Of a stretch of 64,000 nt of DNA, positions 28,728 to 38,481 are shown piece by piece. Below the pieces are notes generated by a model. The model was given only the letters and a program-made list of their open reading frames with translations, did not search any database and had not been told where the DNA came from. Each line of letters opens with the position of its first letter. The first letter of the stretch is position 1. The stretch is from a virus (taxonomy: Duplodnaviria > Caudoviricetes), in IMG/VR virus record IMGVR_UViG_3300001580_000017, positions 1 through 64,000 of that record; one strand, 5' to 3'. The position numbers were made by a program, and so were the translations under genes.

Positions 28728-29054
28728 TTATTTCTTGTCTTTCAACACCTTTTCCAAATCTTCTTTTTTCATTCCACTGGTATTTATTCCCATATCAGCC
28801 ACTTTTTTCTTCATTTCAAGAAATTCTGCCAGACCGGTTCTTTTGGTTTCAGTCTTTTCGGTTTTCTCGACTTTCACTTCTTTTTTTGTTTCTTCCTTTA
28901 CTCTTGTGAAATACTGACCGAAATCATTCATGATTTTTTCATCTATTTCAATTTCTTGTCCCGGAATGAGATGATATGTTTTTCCGAGAGCCATGAAATA
29001 AAAAGCTCCGGGCTTCCCTGTTCGTTTGTTTACTGTTACTTTGATTTTCGCCAT
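28728..29054 (-). CDS. Small basic protein with possible C-terminal HeH/Rho-N-like motif
   Basis: GINTSGMKKEDLEKVL; Lys/Glu-rich linker. Confidence 0.45.
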   Translation of the reverse strand: MAKIKVTVNKRTGKPGAFYFMALGKTYHLIPGQEIEIDEKIMNDFGQYFTRVKEETKKEVKVEKTEKTETKRTGLAEFLEMKKKVADMGINTSGMKKEDLEKVLKDKK

Positions 29055-29275
29055 GTTTTTGAATCTCCTTCTGTTTTATTTTTGATTGAATAATACGATC
29101 CTTTTGTCACCAAACTGTCTAATGCAGTTCCATTTTTGTCGTGTGTTCCTGAAATAATGAAATCATCATCATCCCACACTTTAATTTTGCCTCTCAGTGT
29201 TACACCATTTTTTAGAAAAACTTCCAGAACACTATTTTCGTGATCTCGGAAGAAAACATCTCGAACAGCACTCAT
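29036..29275 (-). CDS. hfq: Hfq/Sm-like RNA chaperone
   Basis: RDVFF helix, Sm1 LEVFLKNGVTLRGKIKVWD, divergent Sm2 LVTKGSYYSI. Confidence 0.7.
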   Translation of the reverse strand: MSAVRDVFFRDHENSVLEVFLKNGVTLRGKIKVWDDDDFIISGTHDKNGTALDSLVTKGSYYSIKNKTEGDSKTWRKSK

Positions 29276-29289
29276 TCACACTCCCACCT

Positions 29290-29673
29290 TTATTTTTTCT
29301 TAGTTTTTAATTTTTTGACATTTTCATTCATAATGTCAATTTGTTCTTTATAAATTTTTTTAAACTTTTTTAATTCTCGGATAAGACTGTTTATTTTGTA
29401 CATATTGTTTTTGATATATGTTTGTGTTTCTGAACTATCCCCATCTATATCAAAATCAAATTTTAATTGAGTATTACAATCTTTCATTTCAATGTGTGCA
29501 TCTATTCTTTTCATCTTGTAATCACTGCATTTGTCTTTGCATTTTTTACAATTAAAATTGTTTTCACACAAATCAATGTCACTTTTCCAAGCGATGTATG
29601 CTGTTTTTTCACCAAGCATATTGTTTAAGAATCCTCTTTTAGTTTGTTTATATCTCCGATAACCATTTTTCAT
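29290..29673 (-). CDS. Hypothetical protein
   Basis: 127-aa ORF with SD. Confidence 0.55.
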   Translation of the reverse strand: MKNGYRRYKQTKRGFLNNMLGEKTAYIAWKSDIDLCENNFNCKKCKDKCSDYKMKRIDAHIEMKDCNTQLKFDFDIDGDSSETQTYIKNNMYKINSLIRELKKFKKIYKEQIDIMNENVKKLKTKKK

Positions 29674-31090
29674 CTGCGGTGTTCCTTACTGAATCCAACA
29701 CTTTATTGACTTCTGCATCCACTACAGTATTATTTATATTTTTCATAATGTCAATGTTGTCAGTTTTTAATTCAATAAGTCTTTGTTTCAATTTTGATAC
29801 ACCAACCATGCTTCGTGTTCCCGTCTCAATATGATTTCTGCTTTTAATTAATCTCCATAAATAGCAAGAAACCATATCTCCACTTAATTGACCCTGAACA
29901 GCTTGCTTAATTTCTACCTGTGAAATATAAGTATCAAGATTATGTGGAACACCATAGGAATCTGCTGTATCGGAACTGCTTACCTCTACCTGTTTTCCTT
30001 TGCTCTTGATTTTATCTTCTACTGCTCTGTTACTCTGCATACTTGTGATCACTGGAATACCCATATCAATACAAATATGTTGACGAATTTCTCTTGAAAT
30101 TTCTTTAAAAGTCACATAAGTATTACTTCTGTCTCTCACTGTTATTCCACTCATCAATCCCATGTAATCAATTATCACAACATCTGGGATAAATTTTTTC
30201 TCGATGTAAAGATTTTTGAGCCACATTTTGATATGAATTACGGTTGCTTCTGAGAACTGATGAACTTCAATTTTTCCATGTTTTTGATATTTTTTATCCC
30301 AATTATTAAAATGTTGCATAAGTTCTGCTTCATTTTTTTGCAACATATCTCTTGTGGAAATATCCAGCATATTAGCATCAATTCTTTGTAGGTATTCCGA
30401 TGGTGTAATTTCAAGTGATGCAATTGCTACATTATAACCCTGCAACATTAAGTAAGAAGCGAGATGAGCTTTTGTTAAGGTTTTTCCGTGATTTGTTGGA
30501 GCCAATAAACATGTAAGTGTTCTTGGTCTCAATCCACCAGTGAGATCATCGAAAGGTTTAAATCCTGTCATTATACAATTTTCTGCTCTGAGTTCTCTTA
30601 TTCGTTTTTTTCTATCTTCCTCATCATCGAAAGACATCGAATATTCATCATCTTCTTTCAAATTGATATTAAAACCATTTTCAATAATGCCCATGACCTT
30701 TTGAAAACTCTCGTTGCTCTTATCCTTATTCAGAACCAACATACTCTCATACCAAGCATTTTTGAAGGCATTAAATTTTGCCCACTTCTCTGTTTGTTGC
30801 ATAAGAATTTTTGGAGCAACATCAACTGCAACATTTCGTATAGAATTAATGTAATCAATTAATTCTTTTTTAGAATCATCAGTCTTTTTAATGTCATTGT
30901 TTATGAGCATGGTTATAGTATCGTAGGTATAAGGAGAATCATTGTTTGAACAATGTTTCATGTATCTGAATATTTCTTGTGGAAAATAATTCTCAAAGAA
31001 ATACTCTTTCATTTTTAGAAAAACTTTTGCAGAAAATTCCGGATTAGTTACTAAGCTTATTATCATATAATCTTCGTGTTTCAAATTCAT
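29648..31090 (-). CDS. gp41: Replicative DnaB-family helicase, gp41-like
   Basis: APTNHGKT, SLEI, VIIDYM, QSNR, ADSYGVP. Confidence 0.92.
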   Translation of the reverse strand: MNLKHEDYMIISLVTNPEFSAKVFLKMKEYFFENYFPQEIFRYMKHCSNNDSPYTYDTITMLINNDIKKTDDSKKELIDYINSIRNVAVDVAPKILMQQTEKWAKFNAFKNAWYESMLVLNKDKSNESFQKVMGIIENGFNINLKEDDEYSMSFDDEEDRKKRIRELRAENCIMTGFKPFDDLTGGLRPRTLTCLLAPTNHGKTLTKAHLASYLMLQGYNVAIASLEITPSEYLQRIDANMLDISTRDMLQKNEAELMQHFNNWDKKYQKHGKIEVHQFSEATVIHIKMWLKNLYIEKKFIPDVVIIDYMGLMSGITVRDRSNTYVTFKEISREIRQHICIDMGIPVITSMQSNRAVEDKIKSKGKQVEVSSSDTADSYGVPHNLDTYISQVEIKQAVQGQLSGDMVSCYLWRLIKSRNHIETGTRSMVGVSKLKQRLIELKTDNIDIMKNINNTVVDAEVNKVLDSVRNTADEKWLSEI

Positions 31091-31302
31091 TTTTTCACCT
31101 TATACGATTTATAATTGATTGCTGTCACGATTATAAGAACTATGTTCATAAACACCACCTGATTAAGTGAATAATACACCGCATAAAGTGACCACAATAT
31201 ACACCCCATGATTTGAGCATCGGGCGCGTGGTTATGTTTTCTGTTGTATAAGTATATTGAAATAAATGTAACACAAACGGCAATCCATCCTATATATTCC
31301 AT
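31087..31302 (-). CDS. Small membrane protein, PnuC/PQ-loop-like half unit
   Basis: 71 aa, three short hydrophobic helices, IGW...W..Y pattern. Confidence 0.45.
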   Translation of the reverse strand: MEYIGWIAVCVTFISIYLYNRKHNHAPDAQIMGCILWSLYAVYYSLNQVVFMNIVLIIVTAINYKSYKVKK

Positions 31303-31329
31303 ATTTCCTCTTTTTATTGTGTGATCAAG

Positions 31330-32253
31330 TTACAACATATCCGATATTTTTTCCACCACTTTAATGAGTTCTATTGTATCTTCTGATGTTCTTTTGGTTA
31401 TTTCTTGTTCTTTTAAATAATTTGAAAATTTTTCAAAGAACTTAACCATAACTTTAAAGCTTTCTTTCGTGGTTTTATTTCTTATTTTATATTCCACTGT
31501 TTCTGTTTCGTCATAATACCATTCGAGTATTTCTGTACTTTCACACAAGGATATCAGATCAAATTGCTTATCAAACAACCTATCAAGGATGAGAGCATTT
31601 CTTTCACCATATTTTTGTGCAATGAAATCACCAAAATCTTCCGCCATATAACTTTTAAATTCTGGATTTTTTGATTTAAGTTTGCTTGGTGGAGAAATTT
31701 CTTCCTCTTCCTCTTCATATATAGGTTCTTCTTCCTCTGGTTGATCTCCATAATCATAATCGTCTTCCGTCATCATACCGTATGTTTCTTCAAGCTTGGG
31801 AGAATTTGCTTTTCTGTTGGGGTTCTTTTCAAGTATTTTATCAAACCCATCTTCTAATGCATCAGTGTAGCAATCCAAATCATCATCCGTCAATTCATAT
31901 TCTTTTAATTTTTCGTTGGATGAATTAGTATTTGCTGGTATATTTTCTGTTAATTGTTGAATATCAGATGATGTAGCATATCCAGTATCGTTTAAGCTCG
32001 ACATATAATCATCAGTCAACGATTTTATTTTTTGCGCTTCATCTGTTGATATTTCCTGTTTTGCTGGTTGTTGAACTATTTGCTGCCGTTTTTCTTCATT
32101 CATTTTTGGTATAACCGGTTCTTTTTGCGGTTGAACTGCTGGTACAACTTTTTGGCTTAAAACCTCTGTCACCCCAAGATACATATTCATATCATCATCG
32201 GTGAGCGCATATTCTTTTAACCCCTGCTCTTGTGGCAAATTATTATTTTCCAT
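31330..32253 (-). CDS. Acidic hypothetical protein
   Basis: 307 aa; LKEYxLTDDD occurs twice. Confidence 0.6.
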   Translation of the reverse strand: MENNNLPQEQGLKEYALTDDDMNMYLGVTEVLSQKVVPAVQPQKEPVIPKMNEEKRQQIVQQPAKQEISTDEAQKIKSLTDDYMSSLNDTGYATSSDIQQLTENIPANTNSSNEKLKEYELTDDDLDCYTDALEDGFDKILEKNPNRKANSPKLEETYGMMTEDDYDYGDQPEEEEPIYEEEEEEISPPSKLKSKNPEFKSYMAEDFGDFIAQKYGERNALILDRLFDKQFDLISLCESTEILEWYYDETETVEYKIRNKTTKESFKVMVKFFEKFSNYLKEQEITKRTSEDTIELIKVVEKISDML

Positions 32254-33430
32254 CGGTATCCTCTGTTAAAATTTCACTATCAAGTTCAGCTTCAATATCA
32301 GCATTCGTATCATTCTCATTCTTGTAACTGAATTTATCTGAAAGAAGCTCGTTTATTTTGTGTTTTTTTATTACTTCATCATAAAATTCGGGATTAGATA
32401 ATAAATCTTTGAGAGCATATTTTTCTCCATCAATTTCAAATCCATTTCCTGTTCCGATTTTAATTTTTTTGGCGATGTTGTATTCAAACAAAAGCTCGTC
32501 AATTCCCCAGTGTCTTGAAATACCGCTTTTGTGGAATATTGCAAATGTTACTACTTTACCTTCAATAGCAAGTCTGTTCTTGGGGGTTTTTGCTCTGATT
32601 TTAATTCCTACAACAGTTTCACCGATCTTCAACTGAGACTTAGAAAATTCCACGATTGTTGTAGAAGCTAATCTGCTTCCTTTACCACCGGAAACTATTT
32701 TCTGTGGAATAAATCCCTGTGATTCATATTCGTGGTTAATCAATATAAGAGGTATTCTTTTGTCAAATGCTCTCGGAAGAATTATCCTGAACATACTCTT
32801 TAAATCTCTTTCTCTTGATCTATCCTGTGTGTCCTTTCCATCTACAGCATTATTGACTTCTTGAGTTGATGATAGGTTTCCAATACTATCAATGTTAATT
32901 AACCATTTTGGTTCTGGATTTGCTTCTGTGACTATTGCTGTCAACTTGTGAATAACTTTCTTTGTGGTATCAACATCTTCGACCATGAGAATCCTTGAAA
33001 TATCCATATTGGCTCTTTCATAATCTCCGATATCAGCATCACCCTCAGTTATGAAATTGAATATTTTCCAACCGGTTTTCATGGCACTGTTCATAATTTT
33101 TCTTGTGATATATGTTTTTGCTGAAGATTGATCTCCAACAAATTGTGTTATCCTGTTATCTGGAACACCTCTATACATATCGCCGGAAATTAGTAGATTA
33201 AGAACCATACTTCCCGTGTCAAACCATTCTTTGACTACATACTTATCTTTGTTGTCCGCCAGCATTTTACTACCCTTTAAAACACCTTTTAAGAGGGCAT
33301 CTAATTTTTCATCTTTGGTTTGAACGGCGGTTTCTGCGCTGGTGATTTTTTTGGTAGGTTTTGTAACAATCTCATCACTGTTATTGTTTTCTACCACATT
33401 TTCCTTTTTTGGTGGTCTTCCTCTTCCCAT
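32243..33430 (-). CDS. uvsX: RecA-like recombinase
   Basis: DTGSMVLNLLISG, GDQSSAKT, IDSIG, SGGKG, KNR. Confidence 0.92.
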   Translation of the reverse strand: MGRGRPPKKENVVENNNSDEIVTKPTKKITSAETAVQTKDEKLDALLKGVLKGSKMLADNKDKYVVKEWFDTGSMVLNLLISGDMYRGVPDNRITQFVGDQSSAKTYITRKIMNSAMKTGWKIFNFITEGDADIGDYERANMDISRILMVEDVDTTKKVIHKLTAIVTEANPEPKWLINIDSIGNLSSTQEVNNAVDGKDTQDRSRERDLKSMFRIILPRAFDKRIPLILINHEYESQGFIPQKIVSGGKGSRLASTTIVEFSKSQLKIGETVVGIKIRAKTPKNRLAIEGKVVTFAIFHKSGISRHWGIDELLFEYNIAKKIKIGTGNGFEIDGEKYALKDLLSNPEFYDEVIKKHKINELLSDKFSYKNENDTNADIEAELDSEILTEDTDGK

Positions 33431-33448
33431 ATTTTCCTCTTTTTTGTT

Positions 33449-33922
33449 TTATTTATTTTTATTTAACATCTGAGAATCTGAGCTATTTTCATCCTTTATT
33501 TTTAATTTATAGAATAATGGCATTCCTGTATTATCTTTTTGTGTTAAGCTCATAAAGTATTCTTCATCATTCACATTAGATGTTTCCATAACCCATCCAC
33601 CAGAGAAATTTATAGCTTTGTTACGCATAAACAGCAAAGAGAAGGCATAACCAACAGATTTATAGTCACTCGGTTGTTTTTCTTCATCCTTTGCGTGAAT
33701 AGCCACTTGTTTGAATATGGTTTTAATATCTTCTGATTGTTCAGAAACATTTATCAATTCACCATTCGGAACAAATTCTTTTGGTTCATCTTTTTTATCT
33801 TCCTGAGTTGATAAAGGTTCATCTCCATTTATATTGGATAGAACATCAGCATTTACATGGTTTTCCATATTTTCTTTGATCTTTTTATTTTTGGCTTTGA
33901 ATAAACTTGTTAGGGTCGGCAT
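33449..33922 (-). CDS. Hypothetical late protein
   Basis: TATAAATA at 33942..33949 upstream. Confidence 0.6.
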   Translation of the reverse strand: MPTLTSLFKAKNKKIKENMENHVNADVLSNINGDEPLSTQEDKKDEPKEFVPNGELINVSEQSEDIKTIFKQVAIHAKDEEKQPSDYKSVGYAFSLLFMRNKAINFSGGWVMETSNVNDEEYFMSLTQKDNTGMPLFYKLKIKDENSSDSQMLNKNK

Positions 33923-33941
33923 ACGGTCTCCGTTTTACTTT

Positions 33942-33949
33942 TATTTATA
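33942..33949 (-). promoter_or_regulatory. T4-type late promoter TATAAATA
   Basis: Exact octamer. Confidence 0.75.
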
Positions 33950-33972
33950 AAATTTTAATGGAAAGGAGAAAA

Positions 33973-34440
33973 TTATTTCTTCACACCTCGCACTATATAA
34001 CCATACTGTATATAATTTTTTCCTGTTTCATCTGGTTCTGGGCTTAATGCGTAGTATTCTTGTAAGTAGTAAATGAATTTATATCTTTTCTTTTTTATTT
34101 CTTTTACGAGTTTGTTCATTATTTTTTTCTGTTCAGTTTTATTGATCTCAAAAATTGATGAACAACTTCTTTCTTTAGCTTCGAGCAAATTACAATAATG
34201 AATTAATGCCCCCTTCATATCATTGGTTTTTTCTGATGGTTCAGGAACATCAATATAAACTTTTCGATGGCAGGATGATAATTTTTCGTTTAAACAATAA
34301 CAAAAAACACCGCAAACTTCAAAGTTGGGTTTATCCACAAAAATAAAATCTTCTCCGCTATAACCCATTTCTTGTAGTGAAAAACGATTATCTTTTCTTT
34401 TTTTGTATGCATCATTTATTGCTGCTATTGTGTTTAGCAT
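33973..34440 (-). CDS. Hypothetical protein
   Basis: 155-aa ORF with GGAG SD. Confidence 0.6.
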   Translation of the reverse strand: MLNTIAAINDAYKKRKDNRFSLQEMGYSGEDFIFVDKPNFEVCGVFCYCLNEKLSSCHRKVYIDVPEPSEKTNDMKGALIHYCNLLEAKERSCSSIFEINKTEQKKIMNKLVKEIKKKRYKFIYYLQEYYALSPEPDETGKNYIQYGYIVRGVKK

Positions 34441-34583
34441 TTATTCTCCTTTTTAATCATTAAATTCCTCTGGTGGAGTGTGATAAAAACACCATCCTTC
34501 AAAAGCTGGAGGATATATAACCATTAAAACAAAAGCAATAAAATAATGCCATTTCCACCAAATAAATTTACGAATATTTTTCA

Positions 34584-34991
34584 TTATTTATCCCACACCA
34601 TTGTTCTCATATATTTTTCAAAATAAAATTCAACAGTATCACATTGATTGAAATTTATCAAACCATATTGTTCAAGCAGTTTGATATTGCTACTTTTTAT
34701 TCGTTCAACTTTCTTCTGAATTTCGTTTATAAATTCTTCTAAACTGAAGGTGTGCTTATGATAGTTACATAATCGGCAAGAGGGCATTTTGTTTTCAAGT
34801 GTATCATGTTCAGGAAAATAACAGCCATCAGCTTTAACAGATTTTCCGTTTTGATATATTGATTTTCTCATAATAGGTTTAAGGTGATCAACTTGCATAG
34901 TTTTTAATACAAGTTCGCGACCACAATAAGCACACCGTTGTCCGTATTTGTTTAATATTAATTCTCGTTCAGCTTTTGATGCTTTGGGCAT
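34584..34991 (-). CDS. HNH endonuclease
   Basis: CAYCG, QVDH, ENKMPSCRLCNYHK. Confidence 0.9.
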   Translation of the reverse strand: MPKASKAERELILNKYGQRCAYCGRELVLKTMQVDHLKPIMRKSIYQNGKSVKADGCYFPEHDTLENKMPSCRLCNYHKHTFSLEEFINEIQKKVERIKSSNIKLLEQYGLINFNQCDTVEFYFEKYMRTMVWDK

Positions 34992-35018
34992 CTACTCTTT
35001 TCCTCGTCAGTTAATGCA

Positions 35019-35047
35019 AAGATAAAGATAAAAAATTATTTTGTCAA
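35019..35047 (-). promoter_or_regulatory. Early sigma70-like promoter
   Basis: TTGACA-N17-TATCTT. Confidence 0.8.
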
Positions 35048-35050
35048 CAA

Positions 35051-35329
35051 TTATTTCAGCTTTATTCCATCAAATTCAATTAAATTATCTTTTATGAAAG
35101 TTCTCCATTCTCCGATATCCAAATCAAAGTAGGACACAACGCTCTCATTTACTTTTCTCGGTTTGTAATCTGGATCAGCTTCATTCTGAATTTTCGGATA
35201 TTTTTCTGAAGGAACATAAGTTAAATTCGTGGTTCCTCTCACCATTCTTTCACTTCCATCTTTTTTGAGGAATGTAAACTTGACTTCTCTTTCGTTTAAA
35301 ATTTCTTTATAGTTCATTACTATCTCCAA
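35051..35329 (-). CDS. WYL_2-like (SH3-type) protein
   Basis: VKFTFLKKDGSERMVRGT...YFDLDIGEWRTF. Confidence 0.75.
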   Translation of the reverse strand: MEIVMNYKEILNEREVKFTFLKKDGSERMVRGTTNLTYVPSEKYPKIQNEADPDYKPRKVNESVVSYFDLDIGEWRTFIKDNLIEFDGIKLK

Positions 35330-35501
35330 CGGTTTTATTTAATTCTTCATTATCAATTTCTATTACATCTATGCTGTTGCAGAATGGGCACAAATATTCT
35401 TGTGCGAGTGGATCATAAATTAATTCCAAGAAATCAACCATCTGTGCTCCGCAATGCTGGCATATGAACATGTTCATCGCAAATCCTCCGTTAATTTCCA
35501 T
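35307..35501 (-). CDS. Small zinc-ribbon protein
   Basis: CQHC...CPFC. Confidence 0.55.
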   Translation of the reverse strand: MEINGGFAMNMFICQHCGAQMVDFLELIYDPLAQEYLCPFCNSIDVIEIDNEELNKTVGDSNEL

Positions 35502-35779
35502 GTATTACATTTTTTACCGTAGTCACCCTTCACCTGATTATTTGTTTTTTTCAACATTCCACATTTTGTGAGATTCGTTATTCCTCTGCGAATGCTTGTT
35601 AGTGGTGCAGTTCTGAGTTCATCAATGTTTTCGTGAACTTGAAAGGGGCTGAGTTCTCTGTTCGGATATTTTAGGAATAATGCGAGAATTAAATTCTCCT
35701 GAGCATTTGCTTTTCTGATTGATCTTTGTAATTCTTCTCCGTGTTCCTGATTTGTGTTATGATACATTTTAGCCTCCAA
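35474..35779 (-). CDS. Winged-HTH protein
   Basis: LSPFQV...TSIRRGITNLTKCGML. Confidence 0.6.
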   Translation of the reverse strand: MEAKMYHNTNQEHGEELQRSIRKANAQENLILALFLKYPNRELSPFQVHENIDELRTAPLTSIRRGITNLTKCGMLKKTNNQVKGDYGKKCNTWKLTEDLR

Positions 35780-35788
35780 TTATTTACT

Positions 35789-36166
35789 TTAGTTTTCGTA
35801 CTTTTGAAGTTGTTCAAGTTGTTCTTGTGTAATTCTGTTTCCCGTTATGATGATATTATCAATCCTATTGTTTTTGGGGTTTCCATCAACATAACCAAAC
35901 CTTATATATTTGGTATCTTTACATAAACCAAATGTTTTGGCCACAATGTGGGTTATACCACAATACTTATACTTTCCTGTGACTTCATTCATAATTAACA
36001 CATATTGTGTATTACTTCTGCCATTCTGCTTTTGTGTTAGAGTTCTGCCATTTTTTTTGTTTATGACTTCCCCATAAGTTGATACTTGATAATCTGGATT
36101 TATTTCCAAATCTCGCCATACCCTTGTTGTTTCTGCTACTATATTTTCTTTTTTGTCTCCAAACAT
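35789..36166 (-). CDS. NUMOD4 plus degenerate HNH protein
   Basis: WRDLEINPDYQVSTYGEV; YVDGNPKNNRIDNI lacks the HNH His. Confidence 0.7.
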   Translation of the reverse strand: MFGDKKENIVAETTRVWRDLEINPDYQVSTYGEVINKKNGRTLTQKQNGRSNTQYVLIMNEVTGKYKYCGITHIVAKTFGLCKDTKYIRFGYVDGNPKNNRIDNIIITGNRITQEQLEQLQKYEN

Positions 36167-36167
36167 T

Positions 36168-38150
36168 TTATCCTCCTATTATTTTTTTTAATTCTTCTTC
36201 TGTTATCATTTTCACATTATTCATTTTTGCCTTCGTTGTTTTATCTTCTCCGGGGCTTGATCCGACCAATAAGTAATCAGTCTTTTTGCTCACACCAGAA
36301 GCAGGTATTCCTCCATGTTGTTTTATTATGTTTTCATAAGATTTTCTGTCTTTGGTTAATGTTCCGGTAATACAGATTTTTTTATCTTTAAGTTTGTCTG
36401 ATAAAAATTCCTGTTTCTTTGGTTCAGTTATTCTTATCACATCGTTCATCTCGTTGTAAAAATTTCTGATATTGTTTTTATTTTGAAGAACAATCATCGC
36501 CGTTTCTTCTCCGATTCCATCTATCTGCTCCAAGTTATCATATGTAGCAAAAGTCAATAAAGATGGAATGTTTCCAAATTTGTTTAACAGAATTTCAACC
36601 GTTTTTTCTCCGATATCCTCTATATTACATCCCATCAAAATATGCCAATGATTTAGATCAACAGAATTTTTCATTATCGCTGTTATAATATCATTCGCAG
36701 ATTTTACCCCATAACCGTCAAGAGCGGAAATATCATAATCATTCAATGTATAAAAATCTTTCGGATGTTTTATGAGTTTGTTGTTATACAGGTCTAATAC
36801 CGTTTTATCCGATATTCCTTTAGCATTGATGACCTTTATCCACTTATTCAACTTGCCGAGTTCTCTTGAGCTACAATCATTGTTTGGACACCTTAGAAAT
36901 GATCCCTCAACTTTTCCATCAGGAGAATTTATTAGATTTTTAATTAATTCTGATCCACACAATGGGCAATTTTTTGGTGGTGTATATTCGCCATTCTGAA
37001 CAATAGTGACTTCGTGTTTCGGAATAACATCTCCTGATCTCGTAATTCCTATGATAGCACCAACATTAACATGATGTTCTTTTATGTACTCAATATTATG
37101 AAGTGTTACTCTACTAATTGTTGCTCCATCTACCTCAACCGGTTCAATCAAAGCTACAAAAGACATTCTGCCGTTTCCTGATATTTCCGTTACTATATCT
37201 ATTACTGGTGTAGCAACAATATCTCCTTTTATTTTAAATGCAACTTTGTGTTCCGGATCGCTATCGGTATATTGATGAGTCGATGTATCATCCAAACAAA
37301 AAACAAGTCCATCACATTTTATATCAAATGAATCTTTTTTTGATTTAAAATATTCTATGGCTTCAATTATATGTTCATCTGTTATACAATATTCGACGGC
37401 GGGAACATCAAAATTCATATTTTCGAGTAGGCAGAATTTATCAATTTCTTTTATGAGTGTGTGATTCAAAATATCATAAGCAATGAATTGTGTATAAGCA
37501 ATTAAATCATGATCAGCTTTTCTTTGTGGATTTATGAGACCGGGAATTATATTTCTTTCTGACTTTGGAATTTTTAAATTTCTTTTTTTCATTTCCTCTT
37601 TAAGTAATTCAAAATTTTTTGAACTTATAACAATTTCTCCTCTGATCTCTGTTCTTTGATTTGGAAAATTTGCTCTTATTGAACGAGGAAGGTATTGAAT
37701 ATATTCGGTGGCATGAATTATATTTTTTCCTTTGAAACCGTCTCCTCTTGTGGAAGCTTCTATTAATTCTCCATTCACATATATAAGAGAGCAGGAACAA
37801 CCATCAAGTTTATTGGAAGCAACAACGGCTTTATTTGCGGTGTAATGAGTTTTGCTTGTTCTCCATTCCAGTAATTCGTTTATATTATCTTTTCCATTTT
37901 TTTTGTCTTTTATTTTATGCAGACTCATCATCGGTGTAGAGTGATTTATTTCCAAATCTTTTTCCAAACCAACAATTGAAAATACTTTGCTGTGAGGAAA
38001 TAAATGTTTTCCGAGTTCTTCAAAAGCATCAAATTCTTCATCAGTTATTAATGGTTCTTCGTTATCGTATGCTTCTTTGTATTCAATATACTTTTTTTCA
38101 AATTCTTCTAAACTTAGTGAATACTGATTCTGAATTGCTGTTGTTATCAT
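36168..38150 (-). CDS. ligA: NAD-dependent DNA ligase
   Basis: KLDG, EIRGE, DGLV, RSGDVIP, Zn finger, HhH repeats, BRCT. Confidence 0.95.
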   Translation of the reverse strand: MITTAIQNQYSLSLEEFEKKYIEYKEAYDNEEPLITDEEFDAFEELGKHLFPHSKVFSIVGLEKDLEINHSTPMMSLHKIKDKKNGKDNINELLEWRTSKTHYTANKAVVASNKLDGCSCSLIYVNGELIEASTRGDGFKGKNIIHATEYIQYLPRSIRANFPNQRTEIRGEIVISSKNFELLKEEMKKRNLKIPKSERNIIPGLINPQRKADHDLIAYTQFIAYDILNHTLIKEIDKFCLLENMNFDVPAVEYCITDEHIIEAIEYFKSKKDSFDIKCDGLVFCLDDTSTHQYTDSDPEHKVAFKIKGDIVATPVIDIVTEISGNGRMSFVALIEPVEVDGATISRVTLHNIEYIKEHHVNVGAIIGITRSGDVIPKHEVTIVQNGEYTPPKNCPLCGSELIKNLINSPDGKVEGSFLRCPNNDCSSRELGKLNKWIKVINAKGISDKTVLDLYNNKLIKHPKDFYTLNDYDISALDGYGVKSANDIITAIMKNSVDLNHWHILMGCNIEDIGEKTVEILLNKFGNIPSLLTFATYDNLEQIDGIGEETAMIVLQNKNNIRNFYNEMNDVIRITEPKKQEFLSDKLKDKKICITGTLTKDRKSYENIIKQHGGIPASGVSKKTDYLLVGSSPGEDKTTKAKMNNVKMITEEELKKIIGG

Positions 38151-38175
38151 TTATCTTTCTCCCTTATTTGTAAGT

Positions 38176-38343
38176 TTATTTCTTTGATTGTTCGTATATA
38201 TTTAAAACTGCAAATGGTGTGTATATTATCCAAAAAATCATATCCATAGCATTATATCCAGTTAGATATGTTATCGCCAGCGTAACTGCAATTAAATATA
38301 TTAAACCATACAACATTGTTATTATTCCTTCAACATGTTTCAT
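38176..38343 (-). CDS. Small membrane protein (55 aa; not in track)
   Basis: GAGGGG SD; two hydrophobic segments. Confidence 0.5.
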   Translation of the reverse strand: MKHVEGIITMLYGLIYLIAVTLAITYLTGYNAMDMIFWIIYTPFAVLNIYEQSKK

Positions 38344-38421
38344 TTTTATCTTTCCCCTCTTAATTGTAATTTAAATTTTTCGTTGTATTTTCCGCCACTA
38401 CAATTTCCCAGAACAGAAGGA

Positions 38422-38450
38422 AATATACATAATTTTTATTCAAATGTCAA
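38422..38450 (-). promoter_or_regulatory. Early sigma70-like promoter
   Basis: TTGACA-N17-TATATT. Confidence 0.85.
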
Positions 38451-38468
38451 GTAAAAAGATTAAAATTT

Positions 38469-38476
38469 TATAAATA
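38469..38476 (+). promoter_or_regulatory. Late promoter TATAAATA upstream of tnpB-2
   Basis: Exact octamer 6 nt before the ATG. Confidence 0.7.
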
Positions 38477-38481
38477 AAGAT

